Positions 26,461-35,758 of a DNA stretch of 64,000 bases are shown in pieces. The position numbers were made by a program, and so were the translations under genes. The stretch comes from Flavobacteriales bacterium UBA6057. GTDB lineage: Bacteria; Bacteroidota; Bacteroidia; Flavobacteriales_G; Salibacteraceae. The DNA is taken from assembly GCA_002428995.1 (NCBI GenBank), contig DIYJ01000015.1, positions 125,144-189,143 on the forward strand, given 5' to 3'. Numbering within the stretch: position 1 is the first letter of the stretch; each line of letters opens with the position of its first letter. The notes under the pieces were generated by a model. The model saw only the letters and a program-made list of their open reading frames with translations, was not told the origin of the DNA and ran no database searches.

Positions 26461-28893
26461 ATGAAAATTTCCTACAACTGGCTGAAGCAATTCATCTCCA
26501 TTGAAGAGTCGCCTGAAGAACTCGGTGACCTTTTGACAAGCATCGGACTTGAAGTGGAGGGGTTAGAAACCTTTGAATCCGTCAAGGGCGGTTTTAAGGG
26601 GCTGGTAGTAGGAGAAGTGATGGAAAAGAGCCAGCATCCGAATGCTGATCGCCTGAGCCTGACGAAAGTGAACATTGGCTCAGAAGAGCTCTTGCCCATT
26701 GTGTGTGGTGCTCCCAACGTGGCTGCCGGACAGAAGGTAATTGTAGCCACGGTGGGTACAACCTTGTATCCATCCGAAGGAGAACCATTCAAGATCAAGA
26801 AATCAAAAATCCGGGGAGAAGAATCCATCGGCATGATCTGCGCGGAAGATGAAATCGGTGTAGGTCAGAGTCATGATGGAATTCTGGTACTGCCCGCTGA
26901 AACCGTTGTAGGAACTCCCGTCAGTGAGCTCTACGATGTCGAAACGGACTACGTGTACGAAATCGGATTGACGCCCAACCGGGCAGATGCCGCTTCGCAT
27001 CTCGGGGTAGCCAGAGACCTGAAAGCAGCGCTCAAGCAGCGAAACAACAGAACCGTTGAATTGCAGAGAGCTGCAGTGGATGCATTCAAACAGGGCGATA
27101 AGAGCCTTGAAATCCCTGTGGAAGTAAAGAACGAAGAAGCTTGTCCGCGCTATTGCGGTGTGACTATTTCCGGCATTACGGTGAAGCCTTCACCAGACTG
27201 GCTTCAGAACAGGTTGAAGGCCGTAGGCGTGCGCCCGATCAACAACGTGGTGGACGTCACCAATTTTGTCAATCATGAACTCGGTCAACCCCTTCATGCC
27301 TTTGATGCCGCCAAAATCGAAGGGCAGAAAGTGATTGTCCAGACCCTTCCAGCTGGAAGCAAGTTCACGACTCTGGATGAAGAAGAACGAGAGCTAGCTT
27401 CTGAGGATCTGATGATCTGCAATACCAATGGTGGAATGTGCATTGCCGGAGTATTTGGCGGAGCTGAATCGGGTGTTACAGATGCTACCACTGATATTTT
27501 CCTGGAGAGCGCCTATTTCAATCCGGTCTGGGTTCGCAAGACCGCCAAACGACACGGACTTCATACCGATGCTTCGTTCCGCTTCGAGCGCGGAATTGAT
27601 CCGAACATCACAGCTTACGCGGCCCAGCGTGCTGCGCTTCTCATTGCGGAGCTCGCAGGAGGCACCATCAGCAGCGAGCTGAGTGATACACACCCCGAGG
27701 AGTTCCCTGACTTTGAGCTGACGTATGATGTCGCTAAGGCCAATCGCTTCATCGGCATCGACATTCCGGAAGCAGACACCGAGCAGATTCTCAAGGATCT
27801 TGAGGTGAAGGTGACGAGCAAGAACGGCCATCAATGGCAGCTCAGCATTCCGCCTTTCAAGGTGGATGTGACCAGAGAAGCCGATGTAGTGGAAGAAGTG
27901 TTGCGCGTGTTTGGCTACGATGAAGTGCCTTTCACCAACCAGATCCGCTCCACCGTGAAGGACATGAAGCCTTCGAAGAGTGTGCTGGCCAAGAAAGCCG
28001 TGATCGACCTGCTTTCCAGCAATGGTTTCCTCGAGTGTATGTCCAACTCCATGGTAGATGAAGCCTATGCAGGGATTTCTGCTGAGTGGTCAGAAGACAG
28101 TGTAGTAAGACTCAACAACCCACTCAGCTCTGAGCTCGGGATCATGCGTCCGGCACTGGTGTGCTCGGCTTTGCAAAACGCCAGCCACAACCTCAACCGC
28201 CAACAACTCAACCTCAAGCTGTTCGAATTCGGAAATACCTACCGCACTTCGGAAAATGGGTTCAGGGAAGAAGAACGCCTTTGCATCACTGTAGCAGGCC
28301 ATGAGCTTGCCGACCACTGGCGAATGGATGACCTGAACGCGGATTGGTACTTTTTGAAAAACGCGCTGGAACTGGTCAGTTCAAGACTCGGACTCAACAT
28401 GTCCAGACTGAAAACGGTTTCCACTTCCAACGATTGGTTTGCTTACGGCATGGACTGGATGCAGGGCGAAAAAGTGGTGATCACTGGTGGTTTGGTGTCA
28501 GACAAACTCAAAAAGACCTTTGAACTCAAGCGGGATGTATTCTACCTCGAGCTTCGCTGGAAGGACCTCTTGAAGCTCCGAAAGGATGAAATCCGCATTG
28601 GCGATCTGCCAAAGTATCCTGAGGTGAGAAGAGATTTGGCCTTGCTGGTAGACAGCGCCATCGAATACGCTGAACTGGAGAGACTAGCCTACCAAACCGA
28701 GAAGAAGCTTTTGACAAATGTCCGGTTGTTTGACGTTTATGAAGGCAAAGGCTTGCCTGAAGGCAAAAAGAGCTACGCCTTAGCCTTCAGCCTGCGAGAT
28801 GCCGCCAAAACGCTAACCGACAAGGAAGTCGATAAGACCATGCATCGCCTGATGGAACGCTTTAAGCGCGAGGTGGGAGCAGAACTTCGATGA
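26461..28893 (+). CDS. pheT: Phenylalanine--tRNA ligase beta subunit
   Basis: 810 aa. N-terminal tRNA-binding (EMP-II-like) domain, then B3/B4, B5 and FDX-ACB domains in the canonical order. Confidence 0.95.
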   Translation: MKISYNWLKQFISIEESPEELGDLLTSIGLEVEGLETFESVKGGFKGLVVGEVMEKSQHPNADRLSLTKVNIGSEELLPIVCGAPNVAAGQKVIVATVGTTLYPSEGEPFKIKKSKIRGEESIGMICAEDEIGVGQSHDGILVLPAETVVGTPVSELYDVETDYVYEIGLTPNRADAASHLGVARDLKAALKQRNNRTVELQRAAVDAFKQGDKSLEIPVEVKNEEACPRYCGVTISGITVKPSPDWLQNRLKAVGVRPINNVVDVTNFVNHELGQPLHAFDAAKIEGQKVIVQTLPAGSKFTTLDEEERELASEDLMICNTNGGMCIAGVFGGAESGVTDATTDIFLESAYFNPVWVRKTAKRHGLHTDASFRFERGIDPNITAYAAQRAALLIAELAGGTISSELSDTHPEEFPDFELTYDVAKANRFIGIDIPEADTEQILKDLEVKVTSKNGHQWQLSIPPFKVDVTREADVVEEVLRVFGYDEVPFTNQIRSTVKDMKPSKSVLAKKAVIDLLSSNGFLECMSNSMVDEAYAGISAEWSEDSVVRLNNPLSSELGIMRPALVCSALQNASHNLNRQQLNLKLFEFGNTYRTSENGFREEERLCITVAGHELADHWRMDDLNADWYFLKNALELVSSRLGLNMSRLKTVSTSNDWFAYGMDWMQGEKVVITGGLVSDKLKKTFELKRDVFYLELRWKDLLKLRKDEIRIGDLPKYPEVRRDLALLVDSAIEYAELERLAYQTEKKLLTNVRLFDVYEGKGLPEGKKSYALAFSLRDAAKTLTDKEVDKTMHRLMERFKREVGAELR

Positions 28894-28937
28894 TGACTTG
28901 GTATGGTTTTGGAGCTCTCGTGACGCTAACCAAAACC

Positions 28938-30575
28938 ATGAAACCTCTTTCCTTTCTTTTTCTTGGGATGTGCCTGAGCCTATTGTCTTGCAAAGGTGAA
29001 AGGGTCGTCATTAAGCATCCTGATTCGAAGGCCAGGATCACGGGTCGCCTGTTGGATGAAGAACGACATGGGATGTGGCGCTTGCGTTCCGCCAAAGGCC
29101 GTGTGATTCAAAAGGGTCGGTATGAGCGAGGCCAGAAGGTTGGTCGCTGGGTTGAGTACTTCCCCTATTATGATCAGCACAATTGGGGCGTAAAACTTGA
29201 GGAATGGATGATTACTCCCTTCTACAACGTGATCGAACGCAATCCAGAAGCTAGCTTCGAGGATGATCCACTTTACGGTGAATTGATCACAACAGCTGAG
29301 GTGGATGATCTACTCCATTTGCTTGAGACTGGACAAGATGCTTTTTATGGTCAACACAGTTGTCGAATGAAAGGCCGCTACCTGGAAGGTGAACGCGAAG
29401 GATTGTGGGAGGTTTACCGAGGGAAAAGACACATACAAACAAGACCATATCAGGGTGGTGTTTTGAATGGTAGGTGGACCGAATATTACTACAGTCGCGG
29501 TAAGAAGCTAAAGGATAAGGTATTGCTCCAGGGGCAAGTGAAGAATGAGAAACGCGAGGGAACGTGGAAGTACTACTACTGGGATCGCATGGGAGGCAGA
29601 AAGACACCCTTCCACTTGCGCTACACAGTCATAGCTTCCTACGAAAATGGGCAGTTGGTAGGGCCAGTGGAACTTTGGGAAAAGCCAAGGTGGAATGTGC
29701 CCGTAGAGGATTCATTGCTGACGCAGCGTGCTTTCTATGATGCTGAGGGCTGGCTTACGAGGATGGAAGAATGGCGGTATGAAGATGCTAGAACGGGACG
29801 GTCAGCTACTGGAAATATAGAATTGACGGGAAAGAAGATTTCCAACAAGCGCGAAGGTTTGTTGCATGGTCCTCAATATTCGATGAGAAAGCTGAAAGAT
29901 GAGTGGGATACCACGCGGGTTGAACACTACATCGATGGGTTGATCCAGTATTCGGTTCAATTCGGAAACGACACCAGTTTTTATCACTACAGTTATGACT
30001 CCATCTACGTGATCACCGTTGATGACGGGTCGAATGTCGATCCGTATTTTAATGGGCTTTGGAGGGGTGTTGCAGATCAAAGGGACAGCTTGCTGAAAGT
30101 GGTCAAGGTGAATCATTTCCTTCGGGCTGTGCGTGTCAATGACAGTGTCATTACCTACCAGCCAGTGACCTCTCCTTACCCTGGAGAGCGTATTACGAAA
30201 CCCTACAGAGTGGGGCCGATCGCTTTTAATGTGGTGCAGGACTCAAGCGGTAAGACGCTGAGAGAATACTATTCATTGCCTTACCAACTCGGGGAACGAT
30301 ATCCATGGGGTGGAAGTGGCCGTGGGTTGATGTGGTTGGAACGCAGCTTCACGGATTCTTTGATTCAGGAACGCTACTATCAGGGACTTTCCATTGCTAT
30401 TAACTATCAAAACGGGAAGAAGGAGACGACCACCAGACTCATGAGGGTTCGTCAACTGGATCTTGATGGAAGGGTGATTAGCGATGAATCGGTGGAGCGC
30501 CACATGCGATTGCTAAAAGGGCAATACCCGACCATAGATGAAGCACCCTATCTCAGGGGAAGGAGCTATCGCTAG
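28938..30575 (+). CDS. Large MORN-variant/YwqK-like repeat lipoprotein, hypothetical
   Basis: Lipobox MKPLSFLFLGMCLSLLSC. Repeated G.W..Y/ GRW.EY modules. An alternative ATG at 28890 overlaps the pheT stop. Confidence 0.55.
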   Translation: MKPLSFLFLGMCLSLLSCKGERVVIKHPDSKARITGRLLDEERHGMWRLRSAKGRVIQKGRYERGQKVGRWVEYFPYYDQHNWGVKLEEWMITPFYNVIERNPEASFEDDPLYGELITTAEVDDLLHLLETGQDAFYGQHSCRMKGRYLEGEREGLWEVYRGKRHIQTRPYQGGVLNGRWTEYYYSRGKKLKDKVLLQGQVKNEKREGTWKYYYWDRMGGRKTPFHLRYTVIASYENGQLVGPVELWEKPRWNVPVEDSLLTQRAFYDAEGWLTRMEEWRYEDARTGRSATGNIELTGKKISNKREGLLHGPQYSMRKLKDEWDTTRVEHYIDGLIQYSVQFGNDTSFYHYSYDSIYVITVDDGSNVDPYFNGLWRGVADQRDSLLKVVKVNHFLRAVRVNDSVITYQPVTSPYPGERITKPYRVGPIAFNVVQDSSGKTLREYYSLPYQLGERYPWGGSGRGLMWLERSFTDSLIQERYYQGLSIAINYQNGKKETTTRLMRVRQLDLDGRVISDESVERHMRLLKGQYPTIDEAPYLRGRSYR

Positions 30576-30703
30576 TAGACTTCCTTCTCTTCTTCAATTA
30601 CTCTGGCCATTCCGGATCTTGAGCGTGCCAGATCACTTTTTCTCGTTAGCGTTGAGGTTGTGCACAGAAAAAATTCTAGTTTGCCTGCTGAAGCATTAAC
30701 GCC

Positions 30704-31276
30704 ATGTTCGAAGACCTTCCCAGCTGGTGGGATGCCCTTTCCACCTACCAACAGATTTATTGGGGTATTGCGGTGCCCTTTACGCTGATTTTCATCATTC
30801 AGACCGTGCTCACTTTTATCGGCAGTGAGATAGATGCCGATGATATGGACGCGGATGGTGACACCGAGATGGGCTTTCAGTTCTTTACCATCAAGAACTT
30901 TGTCGCCTTCTTCACCATTTTCGGTTGGACCGGGCTTGCCTGCCTCGACAGTGGATACAGCTTGCCGCTAACTGTCATTGTTTCGCTCGTAGCTGGATTG
31001 ATCATGATGACCGTGATGGCGGCTATTTTCTTTTTCTTCAGCCGATTGACCGATAGCGGCACCATGGACATCAACAATGCCATTGGGGGAGTAGGTGAAG
31101 TCTACCTTACAGTCCAGGCAAAGCGCGGAAATGTGGGAAAAGTCAGCATCATGGTGCAAGGCTCTCTGCGAGAGCTCGAAGCCATTACAGATGACGAACA
31201 AGACCTCAAGAACGGGATGGTGATTGAGGTTAGGGAAGTCATCAATGGAAACTTATTACTGATAACGAAAAGCTAA
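30704..31276 (+). CDS. NfeD-like membrane protein (short form, OB-fold C-terminus)
   Basis: Three TM helices plus a C-terminal beta domain. Immediately followed by a flotillin gene (YuaF/YuaG-like pairing). Confidence 0.6.
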   Translation: MFEDLPSWWDALSTYQQIYWGIAVPFTLIFIIQTVLTFIGSEIDADDMDADGDTEMGFQFFTIKNFVAFFTIFGWTGLACLDSGYSLPLTVIVSLVAGLIMMTVMAAIFFFFSRLTDSGTMDINNAIGGVGEVYLTVQAKRGNVGKVSIMVQGSLRELEAITDDEQDLKNGMVIEVREVINGNLLLITKS

Positions 31277-31288
31277 TACACCTCAAGC

Positions 31289-32713
31289 ATGGGATCACAG
31301 TTTATCATCATTGCCGCAGCGGCAGTCGTCTTCATTTTTGTTCTGCTCATTGGCTTGTTCAGGCGCTACAAGCGTTGTCCGTCTGACAGGATTTTGGTTG
31401 TTTATGGTAAGGTAAGCGGTGGTGGCCCCGAGGGACGTTCCGCCAAGTGTATCCACGGTGGTGCTGCCTTCATCTGGCCGATCATTCAGGATTATGAATT
31501 TCTGGACCTGACTCCGATTTCCATTGAGGTGAACCTCACCAACGCTCTGAGCCGCCAAAACATTCGTGTGGATGTTCCCTCTCGCTTTACGGTCGGTATT
31601 TCCACAGAGCAGGGTATAATGAACAATGCCGCTGAACGCTTGCTCGGCCTGAGCATGCAGAATGTACATGACCTCGCCAAGGATATCATTTTTGGTCAGC
31701 TCCGTTTGGTAGTCGCGACCATGGACATTGAAGAGATCAACAGTAACCGTGATAAGTTCCTTGCCAACGTTGCCTCGAACGTAGAAGCTGAGCTCAAGAA
31801 GATCGGTTTGAAGCTGATCAACGTGAATGTCACCGACATCAAGGATGAGTCAGGTTACATCGAGGCACTCGGAAAAGAAGCCGCTGCCAAGGCGATCAAC
31901 GATGCTCGAAAGAGTGTGGCTGAAAAGAATCGAGACGGTTCCATTGGTGAGGCCGTGGCTGTTCAGGATCAGCGTGTTCAGGTGGCGGATGCAGATGCGA
32001 TTGCTGTAGAAGGGGAGAACCTTGCGAAGATTAAAGTAGCGCAGTCCGATGCCTCTCGTATGGAGAAAGAGGCGGAAGCTCAGAAGATTGCCACGGCTGC
32101 TGAGAAAGTCCAATCGGCCAAGGCGCTCGAAGAAGCTTATGCTGCGGAGCAGGCCGCGGAAAGTGCGCGGGCAGAGCGTGACCAAGCCTCACAAACGGCA
32201 GATATTGTGGTTCCTGCCAGAATCGACAAGGAGAAGGTGGAAATTGCGGCTGAAGCAGATGCGGAGCAGATCAGGCGCATTGCCAAGGGTGAGGCAGACG
32301 CCATCCTGTTTAAACGTCAGGCGGAAGCACAGGGACTCTATGAAGTGCTCACCAAGCAAGCCCAGGGATTGGATCAGATCGTGCAGGCAGCCGGTGGAAA
32401 TGCTAACCACGCGGCTATGCTTCTGATCACGGATAAACTGCCGGAACTGGTGAAATTGCAGTCTGAAGCCATCCAGAATATTGAGATTGATAAGATCACC
32501 GTTTGGGAAGGCGGAGACAGTGGAAACGGGAAGACTTCCACGGCTAATTTCATTTCAGGACTCTATCAGTCCGTGCCTCCCTTGCAGGACATGTTCAACA
32601 TGGCAGGCCTGGATTTACCTGAGTTTTTGAAAGGAAAAACGCCTGAAGAAATTCAGGAAATCGCGGATGAAGCCGCGCGAAGAAAGACTGAGAAAGGCGG
32701 AGATCCGTCTTAG
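31289..32713 (+). CDS. Flotillin (SPFH/band-7 family) protein
   Basis: N-terminal TM, SPFH domain, long Ala/Glu-rich coiled-coil flotillin repeats. Confidence 0.85.
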   Translation: MGSQFIIIAAAAVVFIFVLLIGLFRRYKRCPSDRILVVYGKVSGGGPEGRSAKCIHGGAAFIWPIIQDYEFLDLTPISIEVNLTNALSRQNIRVDVPSRFTVGISTEQGIMNNAAERLLGLSMQNVHDLAKDIIFGQLRLVVATMDIEEINSNRDKFLANVASNVEAELKKIGLKLINVNVTDIKDESGYIEALGKEAAAKAINDARKSVAEKNRDGSIGEAVAVQDQRVQVADADAIAVEGENLAKIKVAQSDASRMEKEAEAQKIATAAEKVQSAKALEEAYAAEQAAESARAERDQASQTADIVVPARIDKEKVEIAAEADAEQIRRIAKGEADAILFKRQAEAQGLYEVLTKQAQGLDQIVQAAGGNANHAAMLLITDKLPELVKLQSEAIQNIEIDKITVWEGGDSGNGKTSTANFISGLYQSVPPLQDMFNMAGLDLPEFLKGKTPEEIQEIADEAARRKTEKGGDPS

Positions 32714-33687
32714 TCCTGACTCCAGCCGCCCAGCACCTTTTGCATTCCCTCTTTCAGTGAAATGGGTTGGTAGCCCAGTGCTTTGATTTTGTCCGAATTC
32801 ACGCCCCAGTTTTGAAGGTAGCGCCTGACCCAGGGCGTGGTAATGGTGGGCTTTAATCCCAGTTTGTCAGCCAGGAAGAGTTGTGTTTTTCCAATTGCCA
32901 GGCTCAAGCTGTAGGGCACTTTGAGCACCGGGTAGCTCTTGCCTGTGACCGTCTTTAGAACTTCGAAGAACTCCAGGTACGAAAGGTTTTCGCCCCCGAG
33001 CAGGTATTCCTGTCCGTTCTCGCCTTCGGTCATTGCCAGCATGTGCCCGTGTACAATGTCATCGATGTAGACATAGCTTCCAACACCTTCACCGCTGGCC
33101 GGTACAAAGCCAAACTTGTTCTTCAGGAATAGGTGGAGCATCCTCACCGGAACGTTGCTTTCAGAAACCTCGCCCGGACTGTAAACACGCGCAGGACTTA
33201 TGATCGTGACTTCCAATCCCTTTTCGGAGTGGGAGAGGGCCACTTTCATTCCGTTCAACTTGCTTCGCTCATAGTCTGTATGATATTCCTCGGGCCAGGT
33301 GTCTTCGTGAATCAGTTCGCTCCCATGCTGCGCTCCGTGAATACCAGCCGAAGAAGTGTATACCAATCGTTTCACGCCATGCTTTATGCATGCCTCGCAT
33401 ACCTTGCGCGTTCCTTCTTCATTGATGGAGTAGTAGGTTTTCGGGTCACGGGCCCAAGGTTTGGCGAAGGCCGCCACATGAAAAACTCCATCCACACCTT
33501 CCATGATGCGGTCCAAGAAATCGGCATTGGTCACATCGCCTTTCACAAGCTCTATATTCTCCGCTTCCATGAATTCTACCGGAAGCGTAGATCGGTACAT
33601 TGCTACCACGTGATGGCCATCGTCCGCAAGCTTCAGCGTCAGTGCTCTGCCTACCAATCCACTCGCACCTGTTACCAGGTATTTCAT
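32710..33687 (-). CDS. NAD-dependent epimerase/dehydratase family protein (3beta-HSD/cinnamoyl-CoA-reductase-like)
   Basis: MKYLVTGASGLVGRALTLKL Rossmann motif and YxxxK (YERSK). The start at 33687 forms ATGA with the upstream CPBP stop. Confidence 0.8.
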   Translation of the reverse strand: MKYLVTGASGLVGRALTLKLADDGHHVVAMYRSTLPVEFMEAENIELVKGDVTNADFLDRIMEGVDGVFHVAAFAKPWARDPKTYYSINEEGTRKVCEACIKHGVKRLVYTSSAGIHGAQHGSELIHEDTWPEEYHTDYERSKLNGMKVALSHSEKGLEVTIISPARVYSPGEVSESNVPVRMLHLFLKNKFGFVPASGEGVGSYVYIDDIVHGHMLAMTEGENGQEYLLGGENLSYLEFFEVLKTVTGKSYPVLKVPYSLSLAIGKTQLFLADKLGLKPTITTPWVRRYLQNWGVNSDKIKALGYQPISLKEGMQKVLGGWSQD

Positions 33688-34376
33688 GCGCACAGCCAGG
33701 TATTGAGCATTCCCAAGTAAAAGTGAAAGAGGATGGCCCACCAAACAGATCCCGTTCGGTAGGTCAGCCAACCGAGGTAGATGCCTCCAACGGCCGCTCC
33801 CCAGGTTTCTCCCATCGGTTTTCCGATGTGCAAGAGCGTAGTCATGATCACCTGAATTCCGGTGGCTCCAATCTTGCCGTAAAATTTGCTCATTCCGATG
33901 CCTACAAATCCCCGGAAAAAGAACTCCCAACCGATGTAGTGAGGCAAGTAACTCAAGCCCCAAAGTGCGAAGTAACCTGCCGAAGCAGTAGCAAGCGTTG
34001 TCAATGGATACCACTCCCGGTGTTCAGGATTCAGGCTCGATATATACACTGGAATGGGCATCACAATAATGGCGATGAGCGTGGCCTTCAGTCCAAATTT
34101 CCAGTCACCCGCCTGCCAGCCGAAGTCACTGATCTTCTCTTTGAAGAGCAAGACAATGATCGCGAAGGGAACGAATGCCCAGAGTACGAGGCTTGCCAGA
34201 TGATGATAGAGCCAGCGGTACCAATCCAGCACAGGACCAGCCTCCATTCCGTTTGCGAAATGCTTGGTGTAAAAGGATTGATCACCTTGGTAGATCTTCA
34301 CCGTAATGAAAATGACCACGATGGCCCAGAGTAGTAGCTCTCGTTGATTTTCCCGGAAGTAAGTGCGAAGGTCCAA
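33684..34376 (-). CDS. CPBP-family intramembrane glutamic endopeptidase (CAAX protease/Abi-like)
   Basis: Multi-TM. Motif 1 EFFFRG. Conserved His motifs (HIGKPMGE..., ILFHFYLG). Confidence 0.75.
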   Translation of the reverse strand: MDLRTYFRENQRELLLWAIVVIFITVKIYQGDQSFYTKHFANGMEAGPVLDWYRWLYHHLASLVLWAFVPFAIIVLLFKEKISDFGWQAGDWKFGLKATLIAIIVMPIPVYISSLNPEHREWYPLTTLATASAGYFALWGLSYLPHYIGWEFFFRGFVGIGMSKFYGKIGATGIQVIMTTLLHIGKPMGETWGAAVGGIYLGWLTYRTGSVWWAILFHFYLGMLNTWLCA

Positions 34377-34380
34377 GCGC

Positions 34381-35202
34381 TTAATCGAGTTTCATGTACT
34401 GCTTTACGATCTGCCGAAACACGTGATTCGGAAGCAGATGACTGGCCGTGATGCTCAGGCGTTGGGTAATGGAGCCGACCACATAGCGAAATGCAGGGCT
34501 TTCAGTGGAGATGGCCTCGTTCACCCGCTTGCTCACTTCCATGGGATCCAAGCCATAGCTCACAGTATCCACAATGTGCTTCTCTGCTTTGCTGTACGAC
34601 TTCTCGTAAGGCGAATTCCCGTTCATCGAGTCTGCCTTCTGACGGTGTTCGTTGATGTCGGTCTTTACGTCTCCCGGTTCGATCAATGAGACTTTTATGC
34701 CAAAGGATTCTACCTCGTATTGAAGCGCCTCCATCATGTTTTCCAGAGCAGCCTTGGTAGAACTGTAAATTCCACGGAATGGAAGGCCAAACCGGCCTGC
34801 GATCGAGCTCAGGCTGATGATCCAGCCGCTATCCTGAGCGCGCATGATGGGCAATACTTCCTTCACCAAACGGTGAACACCAAACAGGTTGGTATTGTAT
34901 GCTTCCATCACCTGCTCCTCCGATGATTCTTCGATGGATCCCATCAAAGCAAACCCTGCATTGTTGACCAACACATCCAATCGGCCCTGCTCTTCCATGA
35001 TTTGAGCCACGGCCTTCTTCACAGACTCGGAATCCTTCACATCCAGCGCCAGTGGGCGAAACGGAGTGTCCATATCATCGAACTTGGCCAGATCACGAGA
35101 GGTTCCATAAACGGTGTGACCTTTCTCAGCGAGGAAGGTGGCGCAGCTTTTTCCGATGCCCGATGAGGCACCTGTGATGAGTATGACCTTGTGGTTGTTC
35201 AA
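34381..35202 (-). CDS. Short-chain dehydrogenase/reductase (SDR)
   Basis: TGASSGIGKS cofactor motif and catalytic YSSTK. Confidence 0.9.
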   Translation of the reverse strand: MNNHKVILITGASSGIGKSCATFLAEKGHTVYGTSRDLAKFDDMDTPFRPLALDVKDSESVKKAVAQIMEEQGRLDVLVNNAGFALMGSIEESSEEQVMEAYNTNLFGVHRLVKEVLPIMRAQDSGWIISLSSIAGRFGLPFRGIYSSTKAALENMMEALQYEVESFGIKVSLIEPGDVKTDINEHRQKADSMNGNSPYEKSYSKAEKHIVDTVSYGLDPMEVSKRVNEAISTESPAFRYVVGSITQRLSITASHLLPNHVFRQIVKQYMKLD

Positions 35203-35379
35203 TCCGAATCGAAGGAAGGGGCAAAGTTAGCCCAAGAAGTGAATGACGAGTTTATTTCTGTTTTAACCCTGAGCACAAAGAAAGGTTGCACGTTCCGTGA
35301 ATACTATTACCTTTGTCGACCCGATAAAAATCGGATGCGTTCTTGACAGTTTTTCAGCATCGCTGAACACAATATATAC

Positions 35380-35452
<73 letters not shown>

Positions 35453-35458
35453 CTAGGA

Positions 35459-35488
35459 AAAAGCCTTGAAGAAATTCAGGGCTTTTTT
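35459..35488. terminator. Terminator-like hairpin copy 1, directly after the tRNA (AAGCCTTGAAGAAATTCAGGGCTT plus T6, with an A-run before it)
   Basis: Stem-loop with flanking A- and T-tracts. It could terminate in either direction. Confidence 0.6.
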
Positions 35489-35636
35489 ATGCCGGAAACT
35501 TTCAAAAGAAGAGCAGGACGAGATCAACTTCGCAATGCTTCGTTGATTGAGAAAGTTTATGCTGATTGCGCTCAAGCTTCAGCTAAGGAGCAGCGAGTGA
35601 AGCATGAACGAATCGAAGTAAGTCTTGCCCCGCGAC

Positions 35637-35669
35637 TAAAAAAAGCCCTGAGAAACCTCAGGGCTTTTT
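35637..35669. terminator. Terminator-like hairpin copy 2 (AAGCCCTGAGAAACCTCAGGGCTT); terminator for the RHS gene on the minus strand
   Basis: Near-duplicate of copy 1, about 180 nt away. A6 before and T4-5 after it. On the minus strand it follows the stop at 35759 by about 90 nt and has T7. Confidence 0.6.
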
Positions 35670-35758
35670 ATGCTCGGTATTGTAGAAAGGGTAAAGATCT
35701 GCCTGTACTAGAAGTGCGCTCGGGGGTGAATTATCGCCCCCGAGCGGTTGGCCATGGA

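Noticed and set aside
33688-34014. Long N-terminal extension of the epimerase ORF (to 34014)
   Set aside because: It overlaps the CPBP gene in another frame. The Rossmann motif MKYLVTGASG and the ATGA coupling place the start at 33687.
35343-35378. TTGACA ... TATATA elements upstream of the tRNA as a sigma70 promoter
   Set aside because: The spacer is about 24 nt, too long for a canonical -35/-10 promoter. Bacteroidota promoters use different consensus elements. Left uncalled.
35458-35758. Search for a polymorphic-toxin immunity gene downstream (minus strand) of the RHS gene
   Set aside because: No minus-strand ORF longer than about 15 codons exists before the tRNA. No immunity gene is present here.
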